The position numbers and the translations under genes are program-made. A stretch of 64,000 bases of DNA, taken from an uncultured Clostridia bacterium. GTDB lineage: Bacteria > Acidobacteriota > Aminicenantia > UBA2199. The stretch's first letter is position 1; the number at the start of each line of letters is the position of its first letter. Under the pieces are notes generated by a model. The model saw nothing but the letters and a program-made list of their open reading frames with translations. It did no database searches and was not told the origin of the DNA. Of this stretch, positions 24,495-34,456 are shown piece after piece. The stretch covers positions 1,185 to 65,184 of the forward strand of contig CAYXHZ010000006.1 in assembly GCA_964465065.1 (NCBI GenBank), given 5' to 3'.

Positions 24495-26792
24495 TCAGGC
24501 CTCGGACTCTTCGGAATCCCCGCTGCCCATGCCGCCGGCGCGCAGGCCGGCCAGGTCCTCGACCCCCATCAGGATCTCGCGCTGGTTGCGGCTGTTGGCC
24601 TCCGACACCACCCCCTGAGCCTCCAATTGGTCCATGATTCGCCCGGCGCGGGCGTAACCGACGCTGAGCCGGCGCTGCAGAAAGGACGTGGACGCCTGAC
24701 CGGTCGAGATGACGATCTCGGCCGCCTGGTAGAACAGTTCGTCGAGAACGTCGCTTTCCTCGCCTTCCTCGCGGTTGGTCTGCGCTTTGACCACCTGGGT
24801 GTTGTACTTGGGTTTCTGCTGCTTGGCCAGGAAGTTGACCACCCGCAGCGCCTCCTCTTCGGAAACGTAGGCGCAGTGCAAACGCACCAGCACAGCGGTT
24901 TTCGGCGGCATGAACAGCATATCGCCGTGTCCGAGCAGTTTTTCGGCACCCATGGCGTCGATGACCGTGCGCGAGTCGTGCTTGGAGGGCACGGCCAGGG
25001 CGATGCGCGAAGGGAAGTTGTTCTTGATGGTGCCGGTGATGACATCCACGGAAGGCCGCTGGGTGGCCAGAATGATGTGAATGCCAACGGCCCGGGCCTT
25101 CTGGGCGATACGGGCGATATCGTACTCGATCTCCTTGGTCGATTCCATCATCAGGTCGGCGAATTCGTCGATTACGATGACGACATAGGGAAGTTTCACC
25201 GGCTCGCCCAGGTCGACGGGAATGTCGCCTTCGGAATGAACCAGGAGCTCGATGCGTTTGTTGTACTGATCGAGGTTGCGCACCTGCAGGATGGCCAGTT
25301 TCTTGTAGCGCTCCTCCATCTCGTAAACGGCCCAGTCCAGGGCGTTGCGGGCCAGCTTGGTGTTGACCACCACCGGAGTCAACAGATGGGGCAGGGAATT
25401 GTAGATGGCCAGCTCCACGCGCTTGGGATCGATGAGCACCAGTTTGACCTCGTCCGGCGAGGCCTTGTAGAGGATGCTGAGGATGATGGTGTGAATGGCC
25501 ACGCTCTTGCCGCTGCCGGTGGCCCCGGCGATGATCAGGTGCGGCATTTCGCGCAGGTCGGTGATGAAGATCTCCCCGTTCTTGCTTTTGCCCAGGGCGA
25601 TGGTCAACGGGGAACGGGAGTTGCGGTATTCGGCGGACTCCAGAATTTCACGCAGATGGATCACCTCGCGTTTCTTGTTGGGGATTTCGATACCGATGGC
25701 CATCTTGCCCAGGATGCGCTCGATGCGCACGTACTGGGCCCGGGCCGCCAGGGCCAGGTCCTCGGCCAGATTGGTGACGTCCTTGACCTTCACGCCGGTG
25801 TCGGGAACGAACTCGTAGGTGGTGATGACCGGGCCCGGAGTGTACTCCACGATGCGGCCGCTGATTTTGAATTCCTGCAGGCGTTGCGCCAGATCGTGCA
25901 TCTTGTCCCGCAGCTCCTGATGATCGATCTGCGAACGTTCGGTCGGCGCGTCCAGGTAGGTCAGCGGCGGCGGGTGGTAGCCGATCAGCCCCCCTTCGCT
26001 GAGATCGCCGAACAGCAGCCCTTCTTCCGGTATCTTGCTCGGCTCCCGGACCAGGCGCTTCTTCTCCTTGCCGTCGAGTTCCGGTTCGGCCTTGACCGCC
26101 TCGATCTTGGGATCGCTTTTGCTCACCTTCTGGTGATACTTCTCCTCGATGCGCTTGATTCGGCCTTCCTCTTCCTTCTTGTCCTGCCGGTCCTGCCAAT
26201 GGGACTGAAAGACCAGCAGCAGTTCACGACCGTTAGCCAGCAGCCACTTGACCAGGCGACGCATCGAGAACCGGGCCACCAGGGCCAGCGCGACAACCAG
26301 CAGCAGAAGAAACAGAAACAGGGCGAAGACGCTCTTGATCTGCCCGGAAACCATGTCGTTGACGATGAAGCCGATAAAACCTCCGCTGCGCACCTGGATG
26401 CCGTCCATGCTGACCAGCGGGTGGACATTGTCGAAAATCGCCGCCAGCGCCATGGCCAGCAGCAGGTAACCGACCGATTTGGTCACCATGCTGGGGATGC
26501 GGCGGTTGACCAGAAAATAGACGGCCCAGATCACCAGGTAGACCACGACGGTAAACGAGGCGAAGCCGAAGAGCGTGTACAGCATGGCCGACAGGTAGGC
26601 TCCGAGACGGCCGGCCAGATTGTCGACGCCATCCTGAGCGCCGGCGGAAAAAAAGCTGGGATCGGTCGGAGAATAGCTGAACAGGCTGAACAGCAGCAGA
26701 ACCGCCACAAAAATGAACAGCAATCCCCAGAGTTCGTTGTGCAGACGAAGTTCTTGGGTGTCGACCATCCGGGGGTGCTGCGTGCTTTTCAT
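24495..26792 (-). CDS. ftsK: DNA translocase FtsK/SpoIIIE
   Basis: N-terminal TM region, a Glu/Lys-rich linker, and a C-terminal motor (IAGATGSGKSV Walker A; ..LVLIDPK..; ..VVIVIDEFADLM..) plus the gamma domain. The start is uncertain: 26792 or 26768, while the track ORF extends to 26951. Confidence 0.85.
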   Translation of the reverse strand: MKSTQHPRMVDTQELRLHNELWGLLFIFVAVLLLFSLFSYSPTDPSFFSAGAQDGVDNLAGRLGAYLSAMLYTLFGFASFTVVVYLVIWAVYFLVNRRIPSMVTKSVGYLLLAMALAAIFDNVHPLVSMDGIQVRSGGFIGFIVNDMVSGQIKSVFALFLFLLLLVVALALVARFSMRRLVKWLLANGRELLLVFQSHWQDRQDKKEEEGRIKRIEEKYHQKVSKSDPKIEAVKAEPELDGKEKKRLVREPSKIPEEGLLFGDLSEGGLIGYHPPPLTYLDAPTERSQIDHQELRDKMHDLAQRLQEFKISGRIVEYTPGPVITTYEFVPDTGVKVKDVTNLAEDLALAARAQYVRIERILGKMAIGIEIPNKKREVIHLREILESAEYRNSRSPLTIALGKSKNGEIFITDLREMPHLIIAGATGSGKSVAIHTIILSILYKASPDEVKLVLIDPKRVELAIYNSLPHLLTPVVVNTKLARNALDWAVYEMEERYKKLAILQVRNLDQYNKRIELLVHSEGDIPVDLGEPVKLPYVVIVIDEFADLMMESTKEIEYDIARIAQKARAVGIHIILATQRPSVDVITGTIKNNFPSRIALAVPSKHDSRTVIDAMGAEKLLGHGDMLFMPPKTAVLVRLHCAYVSEEEALRVVNFLAKQQKPKYNTQVVKAQTNREEGEESDVLDELFYQAAEIVISTGQASTSFLQRRLSVGYARAGRIMDQLEAQGVVSEANSRNQREILMGVEDLAGLRAGGMGSGDSEESEA

Positions 26793-26979
26793 TTCTGGCA
26801 AAGTATAGGCAGCACGCCTGTTTTTGTCAAGAAAGCTCCTGTTTTGGCTTTGTCGCCGGTCCGGGCCGCCATGCCGAAACGCAGCCCGTTCTTCCTGTTG
26901 CGACAGCAGTGAAAACCGAAAAAAAACATGGTAATATTCAGCTACAATCAATCATTCGGCAACGCAACAGGAGGCATCC

Positions 26980-27339
26980 ATGGTTCGCAAAGCTTTGGTT
27001 TTGGCAGGCATCATCGCGGCATTGTTCATCGCCAGTCAGCTTCTGGCCGGAGAACAGGATTTCACACTGATCAATTCGACCGGCGTCGAGATCCATGAGC
27101 TGTACATCTCCGCCCATTCGACCAACGAATGGGAAGAAGACGTCCTCAGCGTCGACACTTTGCCCGACGGCGAAGAAGTCACCATCAATTTTCCCCATGA
27201 AGAGGACGAATGCCTCTGGGACATGATGGTCAAAGACAGCGAAGGCAACAGCATCACCTGGCAGAACATCGATCTGTGCCAATACGCCAGCATCACCCTG
27301 CATTTCAAAGACGGCAAGGCCTGGGCCGAATGCGAATAA
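26980..27339 (+). CDS. Small secreted acidic protein, function unknown
   Basis: Signal peptide MVRKALVLAGIIAALFIASQLLAG. 119 aa with 4 Cys. Confidence 0.4.
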   Translation: MVRKALVLAGIIAALFIASQLLAGEQDFTLINSTGVEIHELYISAHSTNEWEEDVLSVDTLPDGEEVTINFPHEEDECLWDMMVKDSEGNSITWQNIDLCQYASITLHFKDGKAWAECE

Positions 27340-27370
27340 GGCCCGCTCGCTGACTTCAGCCTCTCACAAA

Positions 27371-27403
27371 GGCGGCCAAGCTGTCCGCTTGGCCGCCTTT
27401 TTT
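27371..27403. terminator. Rho-independent terminator (GGCGGCCAAGC-tgtcc-GCTTGGCCGCC followed by TTTTTT), bidirectional between convergent genes
   Basis: Perfect 11-bp GC-rich stem, 5-nt loop and a T6 tract, all seen directly in sequence. Confidence 0.6.
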
Positions 27404-27414
27404 ACCTGTTCAGC

Positions 27415-28311
27415 TCATCCGTTCAACGAACGCCAGCTCAGCCATGAGCCGGCGACGAGCAGAAAACAGCCCGCCCACAACCCGGCTCCGGGCATGACCC
27501 CGAGGTAGAGGACGCTGATCAGGGACGACAACAGCGGGGTCAGATAGGAAAAACTGGTCACCAGAGCCAGCTTGCCGTTGCGCATGGCCCTGTCCCACAG
27601 GCTGTAGGCCAGAAAGGTTGCCGTACCCAGGAAAACCGTCCGGACCAGGGTAGACGAATCCCAATGCCGTTCTTCCCCGGAAAACAGGGCCGCGACGGAG
27701 ATCAGCACACCCGTCAGCAACAAAAAGAACGCCACCCCCCCGGCCGATGTCCCGCCCGCCCACCTGCGGGTCAGGTTGGAGTAGAGTGCCCAGCAGACTG
27801 CCGCCAGCACCGCCGTCAGGTAAGCCCCGGGGTTGGCAGCCAAAGCGGACAAAAGCCTCGTTTGCGGCCGATCTCCCATCGGCAGCAGAACCAGGACGAT
27901 TCCCGACAAAGCCAGAACGGTGGCCGGCCAAAGTGTCCAGCGGGCCTTTGCCCCCAGCAAGGGCAGCGACAGCAACAGGGTCAGCGCCGGCCAGAGATAA
28001 TTGAGCAGTCCGACAATCAGCGTTTCTTCCCGGTTGCGGCTCCAGCCGACAGCCAGATAGAGGAGCAGGGTATAGACGGTGAAGAGAGCGCCGCAACCCC
28101 ACAGGTATTTCGCGGGCAGGGCCATCAGGGCCTGCCGCTGCCGTTTCGTCCGCAGGCTGAACAGAACAGCCAGACCGGCACTGAACAGACAAGTCAGCGC
28201 GGCGGCGCCGAGCGCGCCGAGATCTTCGGTCAGGCGTCGGCTGACGGCGATGGTCGAACTCCACAGCAATACGGCCGTAAAGCCGCCGGCGGTCGCCCGG
28301 TTGCAATTCAT
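27415..28311 (-). CDS. EamA-family (DMT superfamily) transporter
   Basis: 10 TM helices and two EamA-like halves (..LLWSSTIAV.., ..AVCWALYSNLTRR..). Confidence 0.7.
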   Translation of the reverse strand: MNCNRATAGGFTAVLLWSSTIAVSRRLTEDLGALGAAALTCLFSAGLAVLFSLRTKRQRQALMALPAKYLWGCGALFTVYTLLLYLAVGWSRNREETLIVGLLNYLWPALTLLLSLPLLGAKARWTLWPATVLALSGIVLVLLPMGDRPQTRLLSALAANPGAYLTAVLAAVCWALYSNLTRRWAGGTSAGGVAFFLLLTGVLISVAALFSGEERHWDSSTLVRTVFLGTATFLAYSLWDRAMRNGKLALVTSFSYLTPLLSSLISVLYLGVMPGAGLWAGCFLLVAGSWLSWRSLNG

Positions 28312-29204
28312 GACTGCGCAGTACCGGTCGAGGTTTGGTTAAAAACCTGGCGGTACAGACGATAGTGACTGTCGAAAACCCAGATCCGGACGAAGACTCT
28401 CGCAAGCATGAACAGCTGCTGAAGCAAAAAAACCAGCAGGATGGCCGGTCCCGTTGGGCCTTTCATGCTCTCTGCGAGCAGGTGGAAGACAAGCGCCAGC
28501 AGGAGACCTGTGAAAATGAACAGGGAAAACAAACCGGCGACGGTCCCAAGATTCCGGAACGTCAGGCCCAGAGAGGAAGCGATCGCCCGCCGCACCCGTT
28601 TTTCCTGGCCAGCGACGATGCCGACCTTGCCGTAACAGGAAACGATCAGCAGCAGGAGCGCCACGAACAGGTGCAGCACGGCTCCGCTCACGGCGACCCA
28701 GAAAAGCGTCGCTTCCGATTCGACGGTAACCGCCAAGTACTTGAGAATCAAAAACAAGGGCAGATAGACGGCGCATGCCGCCAGGATTTGGCAAACCGTC
28801 ATGCTCACCGTCAACCGGAAAAAACGCCCCAGGTACAACCGGGCTCCGTCCAAGAACGCACCGAAAGAAAAGCTTTGTCCCCGCTCGATCAGGTGCAGGG
28901 TACCGGCGGACGAAAAAACGCCGAAGAGGAAGTAGACGACGACGATCCACCAGGACTGGGCGAGAACGGTGGCCAGAGTTTGGGCGCCGTGCCGCAGCAG
29001 CTCGGACAGGGCGGTGAAATCGAAGCCTTCCAGCAGCGCTTCCGGCAGCATGGAACCGCGCAGCCCTTCCTGCAGACGGCCGACCAGAGGCAGGACCGCC
29101 ACCAGGGCCAGCAGAAGGTTGCAGCCGTACAGCAGGACCGTCAGCGGCAAGCTGAGGCTCATGTTCCGCAATCCGTTCCAATACGATTTCCAGATCTTGT
29201 TCAT
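28308..29204 (-). CDS. Polytopic membrane protein, function unknown
   Basis: 298 aa, hydrophobic, ATGA-coupled to the EamA gene. Two competing frames in the track (28339..29181 minus and 28335..29450 plus) translate to Arg/Pro/Ala-rich junk. Confidence 0.45.
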   Translation of the reverse strand: MNKIWKSYWNGLRNMSLSLPLTVLLYGCNLLLALVAVLPLVGRLQEGLRGSMLPEALLEGFDFTALSELLRHGAQTLATVLAQSWWIVVVYFLFGVFSSAGTLHLIERGQSFSFGAFLDGARLYLGRFFRLTVSMTVCQILAACAVYLPLFLILKYLAVTVESEATLFWVAVSGAVLHLFVALLLLIVSCYGKVGIVAGQEKRVRRAIASSLGLTFRNLGTVAGLFSLFIFTGLLLALVFHLLAESMKGPTGPAILLVFLLQQLFMLARVFVRIWVFDSHYRLYRQVFNQTSTGTAQS

Positions 29205-29218
29205 CGGAGCCTCCGCCT

Positions 29219-31261
29219 TCAGGAAAAGATCGACAAGGACTGCATGACGTTCTGGAGAAAGAACAGAAAATCGCGGCCCAGTTTCCAGGATGTCTTCTTG
29301 AGCGGCTCGACCCGCAGACTGTTGTTGAGCCGGTTCAAATCCAAGGGAATCCTGTTCTGCGGGTCCAGGCTGGCCCAGACGATTTTCTGCGGCCGGCGGT
29401 ACTTGAATTCCCCGCTGCGAGCCTGGCCGTCCCAGGTTTCCAGAACCTGAGTCCCGTCGTCGAAACAGACCAGCACATCGACCGGCAGACAGACGCCGCC
29501 CAGACGGTGCACAATGATCTCGGAATCAAAGAGCGCTTGCCCATCCTGATCGCCATCCGCTTTTTTCAGCAATTCCTTGCCGCCGCCGATCCCGACGAGC
29601 CCCCGGTCGGGCGTCAGCTCACGATTGTGAATAGCGGCCAGGCGGTAGTCGCAGACATCCGAACCGTACAGCACCTGATCGAAAAACCAGTTCATGTCCG
29701 GGCCGAAGCGTTGACCATGCCTGGCGGCCACCACCTCGTTGACCACGGCGATGAAGTCTCTGGCGCAGGGATGCCGGAATTTCCAGCGCTGATAGTAGGT
29801 CTTCATGATCTCGTCCATGGTCGCTGTGCCGATCAGCCCCTCCAATGTGCGCAGCCAGACGGCCGTCTTCTGGTAGGACAGCGGGCTGTAGCCACCGTGG
29901 GGGTAATGCCAGGAAAAGCGGAAATTCTCGGCGATACTGGGATTTTTCATAGCGACATAGCCCTGACGGACATTGTCGCCGTCCCCGATCCGGACGGTGC
30001 AGAAATCGACCAGCGAAGTCCTGGCGCCGTAGGCATGATCCATGATCCGGGCCTCGTAATAGGTGTTGAAGCCTTCGTCCAGCCAGGGTTCCTCGAACTC
30101 GTTGGAGGCCAGAATACCCATGAAGAATGCGTGACCGAACTCGTGCACCGAAACCATCTCGGTGAAGCGCAGACCGGGCGGCATGCCCCACAGGCAGCCG
30201 GCGGTGATCAGAGTGGTGTACTCCATGCCCGCCGAACCCAGACCGCGGAAAGGGGGATCGACAACGGTCAGGTGCGGGTAGGGGTATGCGCCCAGGTGTT
30301 CGCTGAAGTAGGCTAGGGCCGCCTTGACCGAATCGATGTGCCTGCCGGCCTGGCTGTAATGCTCCGGTTGCAGGTAAACCTGGATGTGGACATGCCGCCA
30401 CTGATCCTGAGCGATTCGGAAGCGGGGCGAGGCCGTCCAGGCGAAGTCGACGATGTCCTCGGCCCGGATCGCCACGGTCTTGGTGCCGTCGCCGTTGTCC
30501 TTCTCGGACTGGGTGATACCGCCGCTGCCGACAACGAATCGCCCGGGCAGCGTGATGCGCACATCGTAGACGCCGTGATTGGCGTAGAACTCGGAATCGG
30601 CGTGGAACTGATGGCAATTCCACTGCCCTTTTGCGGCATAGCGCTGTCCGGCCGGTTCGTAAACCCCGAGTTTGGGGAACCACTGACCGACCAGAAAATA
30701 ATCGTCGCTGTAGCCGGTTCGGGCGAAAATTTTCGGCAGTTTGCTGACGAATTCGATTTCGAGATCGATTTCCCCCTGCGGCAAGACCGGCTCGTCCAAG
30801 GTCACGGCCATGACCGTCTGATCATCGCTATTGCCGTCGTCAGGCTGAATGAAACGCATCCGGGCGGTCAGGTCCGATCCGTTGACCACCCGCAGGCGCT
30901 TGACATCGACAAAGCCCCAGTCCAGGGCCCGGTCCCCGTCCAGCCCGAAGCCGCGGTGCGAGCCCCGGGATTCCTTCATGAACGTGGAACGGGTGTTCTT
31001 GAAGGCGTTGAGGTAGAGGTGGAACTGCAGTTCGTCGACGGTGTCGTCCGACGGATTCTTCCAATGCAGGATCATACGGCCGTCTATCACCTTCTTATCG
31101 GTGTCCAGCCTCGCCTCCATATCGTAACGGGTCAGACGCTGACTCAGCGGCGACGGGAAGATATCCACCCCGGCGACGAGACGAAGCGTGAAAACCATGG
31201 TGAACGCCGCAAGCACACTAAACCGGACCGACAAGCCGGCCGCAGGATTATTTTTGCCCAT
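29219..31261 (-). CDS. M1-family zinc metallopeptidase (aminopeptidase-N-like), exported
   Basis: VHEFGHAFFMG (HExxH) followed by WLDEGFNTYYE (the third Zn ligand Glu). Start chosen at MGKNNPAAGLSVRFSVLAAF (ATG 31261); the track ORF starts with GTG at 31282. Confidence 0.8.
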   Translation of the reverse strand: MGKNNPAAGLSVRFSVLAAFTMVFTLRLVAGVDIFPSPLSQRLTRYDMEARLDTDKKVIDGRMILHWKNPSDDTVDELQFHLYLNAFKNTRSTFMKESRGSHRGFGLDGDRALDWGFVDVKRLRVVNGSDLTARMRFIQPDDGNSDDQTVMAVTLDEPVLPQGEIDLEIEFVSKLPKIFARTGYSDDYFLVGQWFPKLGVYEPAGQRYAAKGQWNCHQFHADSEFYANHGVYDVRITLPGRFVVGSGGITQSEKDNGDGTKTVAIRAEDIVDFAWTASPRFRIAQDQWRHVHIQVYLQPEHYSQAGRHIDSVKAALAYFSEHLGAYPYPHLTVVDPPFRGLGSAGMEYTTLITAGCLWGMPPGLRFTEMVSVHEFGHAFFMGILASNEFEEPWLDEGFNTYYEARIMDHAYGARTSLVDFCTVRIGDGDNVRQGYVAMKNPSIAENFRFSWHYPHGGYSPLSYQKTAVWLRTLEGLIGTATMDEIMKTYYQRWKFRHPCARDFIAVVNEVVAARHGQRFGPDMNWFFDQVLYGSDVCDYRLAAIHNRELTPDRGLVGIGGGKELLKKADGDQDGQALFDSEIIVHRLGGVCLPVDVLVCFDDGTQVLETWDGQARSGEFKYRRPQKIVWASLDPQNRIPLDLNRLNNSLRVEPLKKTSWKLGRDFLFFLQNVMQSLSIFS

Positions 31262-31376
31262 GACTGGAGTGTAAGAAGCCACTATGGAAAAGTCAATCCT
31301 CGCACCGGGCAGGCCTGGCGTGACATTGCCATATCACCTGGGTTATCATGGGGAATGAAATCCAGCGGAGGGGCGC

Positions 31377-32576
31377 ATGACCGGTTACGCAGAGCAGACG
31401 GAGCAAAGGCGGCAGCAAATCCTGCGTCTGGCCCTGCGGGTCATCGACGGCCCGGAACCGGCGGCGGCGGTCGCCCGCGAACGGGCGCTGATCGATACCG
31501 TCACCGTCTCCGATGTCATCACCCTCATCGACGCCCTGGTCCGCCAGGAACTGCCCATGGCCAAGCTCAAGACCGGTGTCAACAGGCTGATCAACCTGTT
31601 TTCCCGCAGTCTGAGCCGTCAGAGCGTCCCCTTTCCCGACACGCTGCCCCTGCTGAACACCCTGTGCGCCGACAACCGCCAGGCCGAGCAGTTGCTGTCC
31701 GCCCTGCGGCCGCTGGTCGGCGCATTGCAACGGCAGCCCCGCGACCCCGAATTGACCGCCGCCGCCCGCGAACTGCTGCTCAAGCTGCTGCGCTTCTGCA
31801 ACCACTACCTGATCAAGGAAAACGTGATCTTTCCCCGTCTGGAAGACAAATGGCCCGATTACCGTTGCCTGGCGGTGATGTGGTCCGTTCACGACGATAT
31901 CCGTTTCTGCCTGCGTGAGACCCTGGCCCAGCTTCTGCTCGAGGAACTGGACCTGGCGGCTTTCAACGCCCTGATCGGCCGCATCTTCTTCTCCGTTTCG
32001 GCCATCATCTTCCGGGAAGAAAAGCTGCTGCTCCCGCGCATGCTGACCACCCTGAGTCCGGCAGACTGGCAGGAGATGCTCGAACTCAGCGCCAAACTGG
32101 ACTGGCCGTTCGAGGCGCCGGTCTTCGTCCCGAAAAGAGCGCCGGAAAGCGACTACGTCCCGGACGGTCTCGTCAACCTGGGCAGCGGCCAGCTCAGCCC
32201 CAGGCAGCTGCTGCTGATGCTCAACAATCTGCCGCTGGACATCACCCTGGTCGACGCCAACGACCGCGTCCGCTACTTTTCGGAAGGCCGGGAACGCATC
32301 TTCCCCCGCAACCGGGCCATCATCGGCCGCCTGGTGCAGAACTGCCACCCGCCGGAAAGCGTGGCTGTGGTCGAGGAAATCATCCATGCCTTCCGCAGCG
32401 GCGAACGGGACAAGGCCGAATTCTGGATCGATCTGCCCCAGGGAAAAGTGCTGATCCAGTATTTCGCCCTGCGCGACAGCGGCGGCACCTACCGCGGCGT
32501 CCTCGAGACCAGCCAGAGAATCGATGCCATACGTGGATTGCAGGGTGAGCGGCGTCTGCTGGACTGGAACAAGTAG
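31377..32576 (+). CDS. DUF438 / hemerythrin-like / PAS-like domain sensor protein
   Basis: The C-terminal region NLPLDITLVDANDRVRYFSEG..RIFPRNRAIIGRLVQNCHPPESV resembles DUF438 (PAS-like). The N-terminal helical region has His/Glu residues consistent with a hemerythrin-like fold. Confidence 0.5.
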   Translation: MTGYAEQTEQRRQQILRLALRVIDGPEPAAAVARERALIDTVTVSDVITLIDALVRQELPMAKLKTGVNRLINLFSRSLSRQSVPFPDTLPLLNTLCADNRQAEQLLSALRPLVGALQRQPRDPELTAAARELLLKLLRFCNHYLIKENVIFPRLEDKWPDYRCLAVMWSVHDDIRFCLRETLAQLLLEELDLAAFNALIGRIFFSVSAIIFREEKLLLPRMLTTLSPADWQEMLELSAKLDWPFEAPVFVPKRAPESDYVPDGLVNLGSGQLSPRQLLLMLNNLPLDITLVDANDRVRYFSEGRERIFPRNRAIIGRLVQNCHPPESVAVVEEIIHAFRSGERDKAEFWIDLPQGKVLIQYFALRDSGGTYRGVLETSQRIDAIRGLQGERRLLDWNK

Positions 32577-32730
32577 CTGCAGGGCATAGTCCCATCAGAA
32601 ATTCACGGTAATTCAGCGGAATATCGGTTCTGATCAGAAGAAAAAGTGACAGAAAGACAAAAGCGTGTGATCAAAGCGAAAGCAAATGGAATGTTACAGT
32701 GCTATGATTTCAACGGGTCAAGGAGGCAAG

Positions 32731-34455
32731 ATGACGCGAACTTTGAAAATCATTCTCATCGTTCTGATCTGTCTGTTTTCACTGGCCAGCCTGACGGCGG
32801 CGCTGCACGACCAGTCCGGGTTCTACACGATTCCGCAGGTCAGCTACTCCTTGCATGACGGCACGGCACTGAGCCGGCTGTGCTTCACCGCTTCGGGGGC
32901 CCGTCTCTTCTACTGTTTCATCAAAGCCGACAAGGACCCGGAAAACAAGCCATTGTTCCTCTTCTTCAACGGCGGCCCCGGCAGCGCCACCAGCGCCGGC
33001 CTGCTCGGCTTCTACACCAGCCGCAAGACCTTCGACAACCGCATCAGAGGCGGTGGCGACCGCTACATCGACAACCCCTGCAGTTGGACAAAACTCGGCA
33101 ACCTCCTGTATATCGACGCCCGCTGCGCCGGCTTCTCCTACGGACTGTTGCCGGACGGCACCGGCCGCAATCTGGCCGGACTGTCCGGCGAGTTTCTGGG
33201 CCACAACTTCAACAGTTACATCGACGCTGCCGACTACATCCGCGTACTGCTGGCCTTTCTGGCAGATCACGCCGAGTTGCGGGACAATCCGGTCGTCATC
33301 GTCGGCGAGAGCTACGGCGGCGTGCGGGCCACCCTGATGCTGAACATGCTGCTCCATTACCCGGAGTACGGCAACAGCCTGGATATATACCAGGATGAGA
33401 GTCTGGTCGAAACGATCCAGGCGCATTACGATGCGGTTTTCCCCGAGTACAACGGCCAGGAGGTGCCGGCGCAGGTCATCGCCCGCCAGTTCGGCCACCA
33501 GGTTTTGATCCAGCCGGCCATCGACGCCTACCGTGATTATTTTGACGGCCCCATGCTCGAGCAACCCGGTTCGCTCGTCTACCGGATCGCCGCCGAGACC
33601 GGAACCGTATTCACCCCCTGCACCGGCAGCGATTGCGATGCCATGAGCAACATCTACGACTTCATCGAAAATGTCGCCAAGCGGGACATTTACGGCTGTC
33701 ACAAGCCGGCCGGATGGACGGACAGTTTCTTCGCTCACGCCGGCAGCCTGCTCCTCGACAGCGGGCAGTTCCAGGCCATCACAGGCACAGACCCCGCTCT
33801 GATCCCGCAGATCCGGCCCGATGCCCGTTCTCAGGCCTATAAATTCGCCTACTACCCGCCCGACAGCGCCCTGAGCCTGCTGCCCCGGCACCGCTGGATC
33901 CTGCCGCTGCTGTCAAGCGACCAGAAAGCCCGACTGCGCCGCCTTTTCACGGCGCCGGCCAACCCGCCGCAGACCGACGGCTACCACATCCCCACCCTGT
34001 TCGGTTCCCTGCTGGCCTTCGACGCCTATTTCAGCAGTTCGACCCACGACGGTTTCATCGCCTACTACTACCTCAACCCGACCTATTGCCGCGACTACGC
34101 ATCCTACTCCTACCACCCGCTGACCGGCCAGAAGTTTTTGCAGAACCTGCTCGATGTCCGCACCTTCATCACCAACGCCAAGTACGATCTGGTCGTGTAC
34201 ACCAACGCCCTGCCGCCGGCTCTGGGCATGCACGACAACCTGGTCGCCTCGTCCGTTCACCAGACCCAGCTGCCCCAGGGCAGCCAGCGGCCCGGACAGA
34301 TCGTCATCCAGTACCAGAACGGCGTATTGAATCAGAGCGGCAGTCCGGTTCGCACCATCCGTTTCCCCTATTACGCCCACAGCTCGCACCCCGTTTCGCT
34401 GACCGAACCGCAGGAATTTTTCAGCGATGTCAGCGCCTGGCTGAAAGAGGAATGA
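32731..34455 (+). CDS. S10-family serine carboxypeptidase-like protein, exported
   Basis: Start at MTRTLKIILIVL with AGGAGG 5 nt upstream. S10 motifs FFNGGPGSATS and VVIVGESYGGVRA (GESYGG, nucleophile Ser). Candidate His region ..AHSSHPVS.. near the C-terminus. Confidence 0.65.
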   Translation: MTRTLKIILIVLICLFSLASLTAALHDQSGFYTIPQVSYSLHDGTALSRLCFTASGARLFYCFIKADKDPENKPLFLFFNGGPGSATSAGLLGFYTSRKTFDNRIRGGGDRYIDNPCSWTKLGNLLYIDARCAGFSYGLLPDGTGRNLAGLSGEFLGHNFNSYIDAADYIRVLLAFLADHAELRDNPVVIVGESYGGVRATLMLNMLLHYPEYGNSLDIYQDESLVETIQAHYDAVFPEYNGQEVPAQVIARQFGHQVLIQPAIDAYRDYFDGPMLEQPGSLVYRIAAETGTVFTPCTGSDCDAMSNIYDFIENVAKRDIYGCHKPAGWTDSFFAHAGSLLLDSGQFQAITGTDPALIPQIRPDARSQAYKFAYYPPDSALSLLPRHRWILPLLSSDQKARLRRLFTAPANPPQTDGYHIPTLFGSLLAFDAYFSSSTHDGFIAYYYLNPTYCRDYASYSYHPLTGQKFLQNLLDVRTFITNAKYDLVVYTNALPPALGMHDNLVASSVHQTQLPQGSQRPGQIVIQYQNGVLNQSGSPVRTIRFPYYAHSSHPVSLTEPQEFFSDVSAWLKEE

Positions 34456-34456
34456 A

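Noticed and set aside
23700-26912. 1070-aa + strand ORF (the longest in the track) overlapping kdsA and ftsK
   Set aside because: It is antisense to two genes with clear conserved motifs (KdsA, FtsK Walker A/B). The translation is Gly/Asp/Val/His/Arg-rich with no motifs, the typical GC-frame artefact of a high-GC genome.
28339-29181. Alternative minus-strand frame (280 aa), and + strand frame 28335..29450, overlapping the 28308..29204 membrane-protein gene
   Set aside because: Both translate to Arg/Pro/Ala/Gly-rich junk. The 28308..29204 frame gives a coherent polytopic membrane protein and is ATGA-coupled to the EamA gene.
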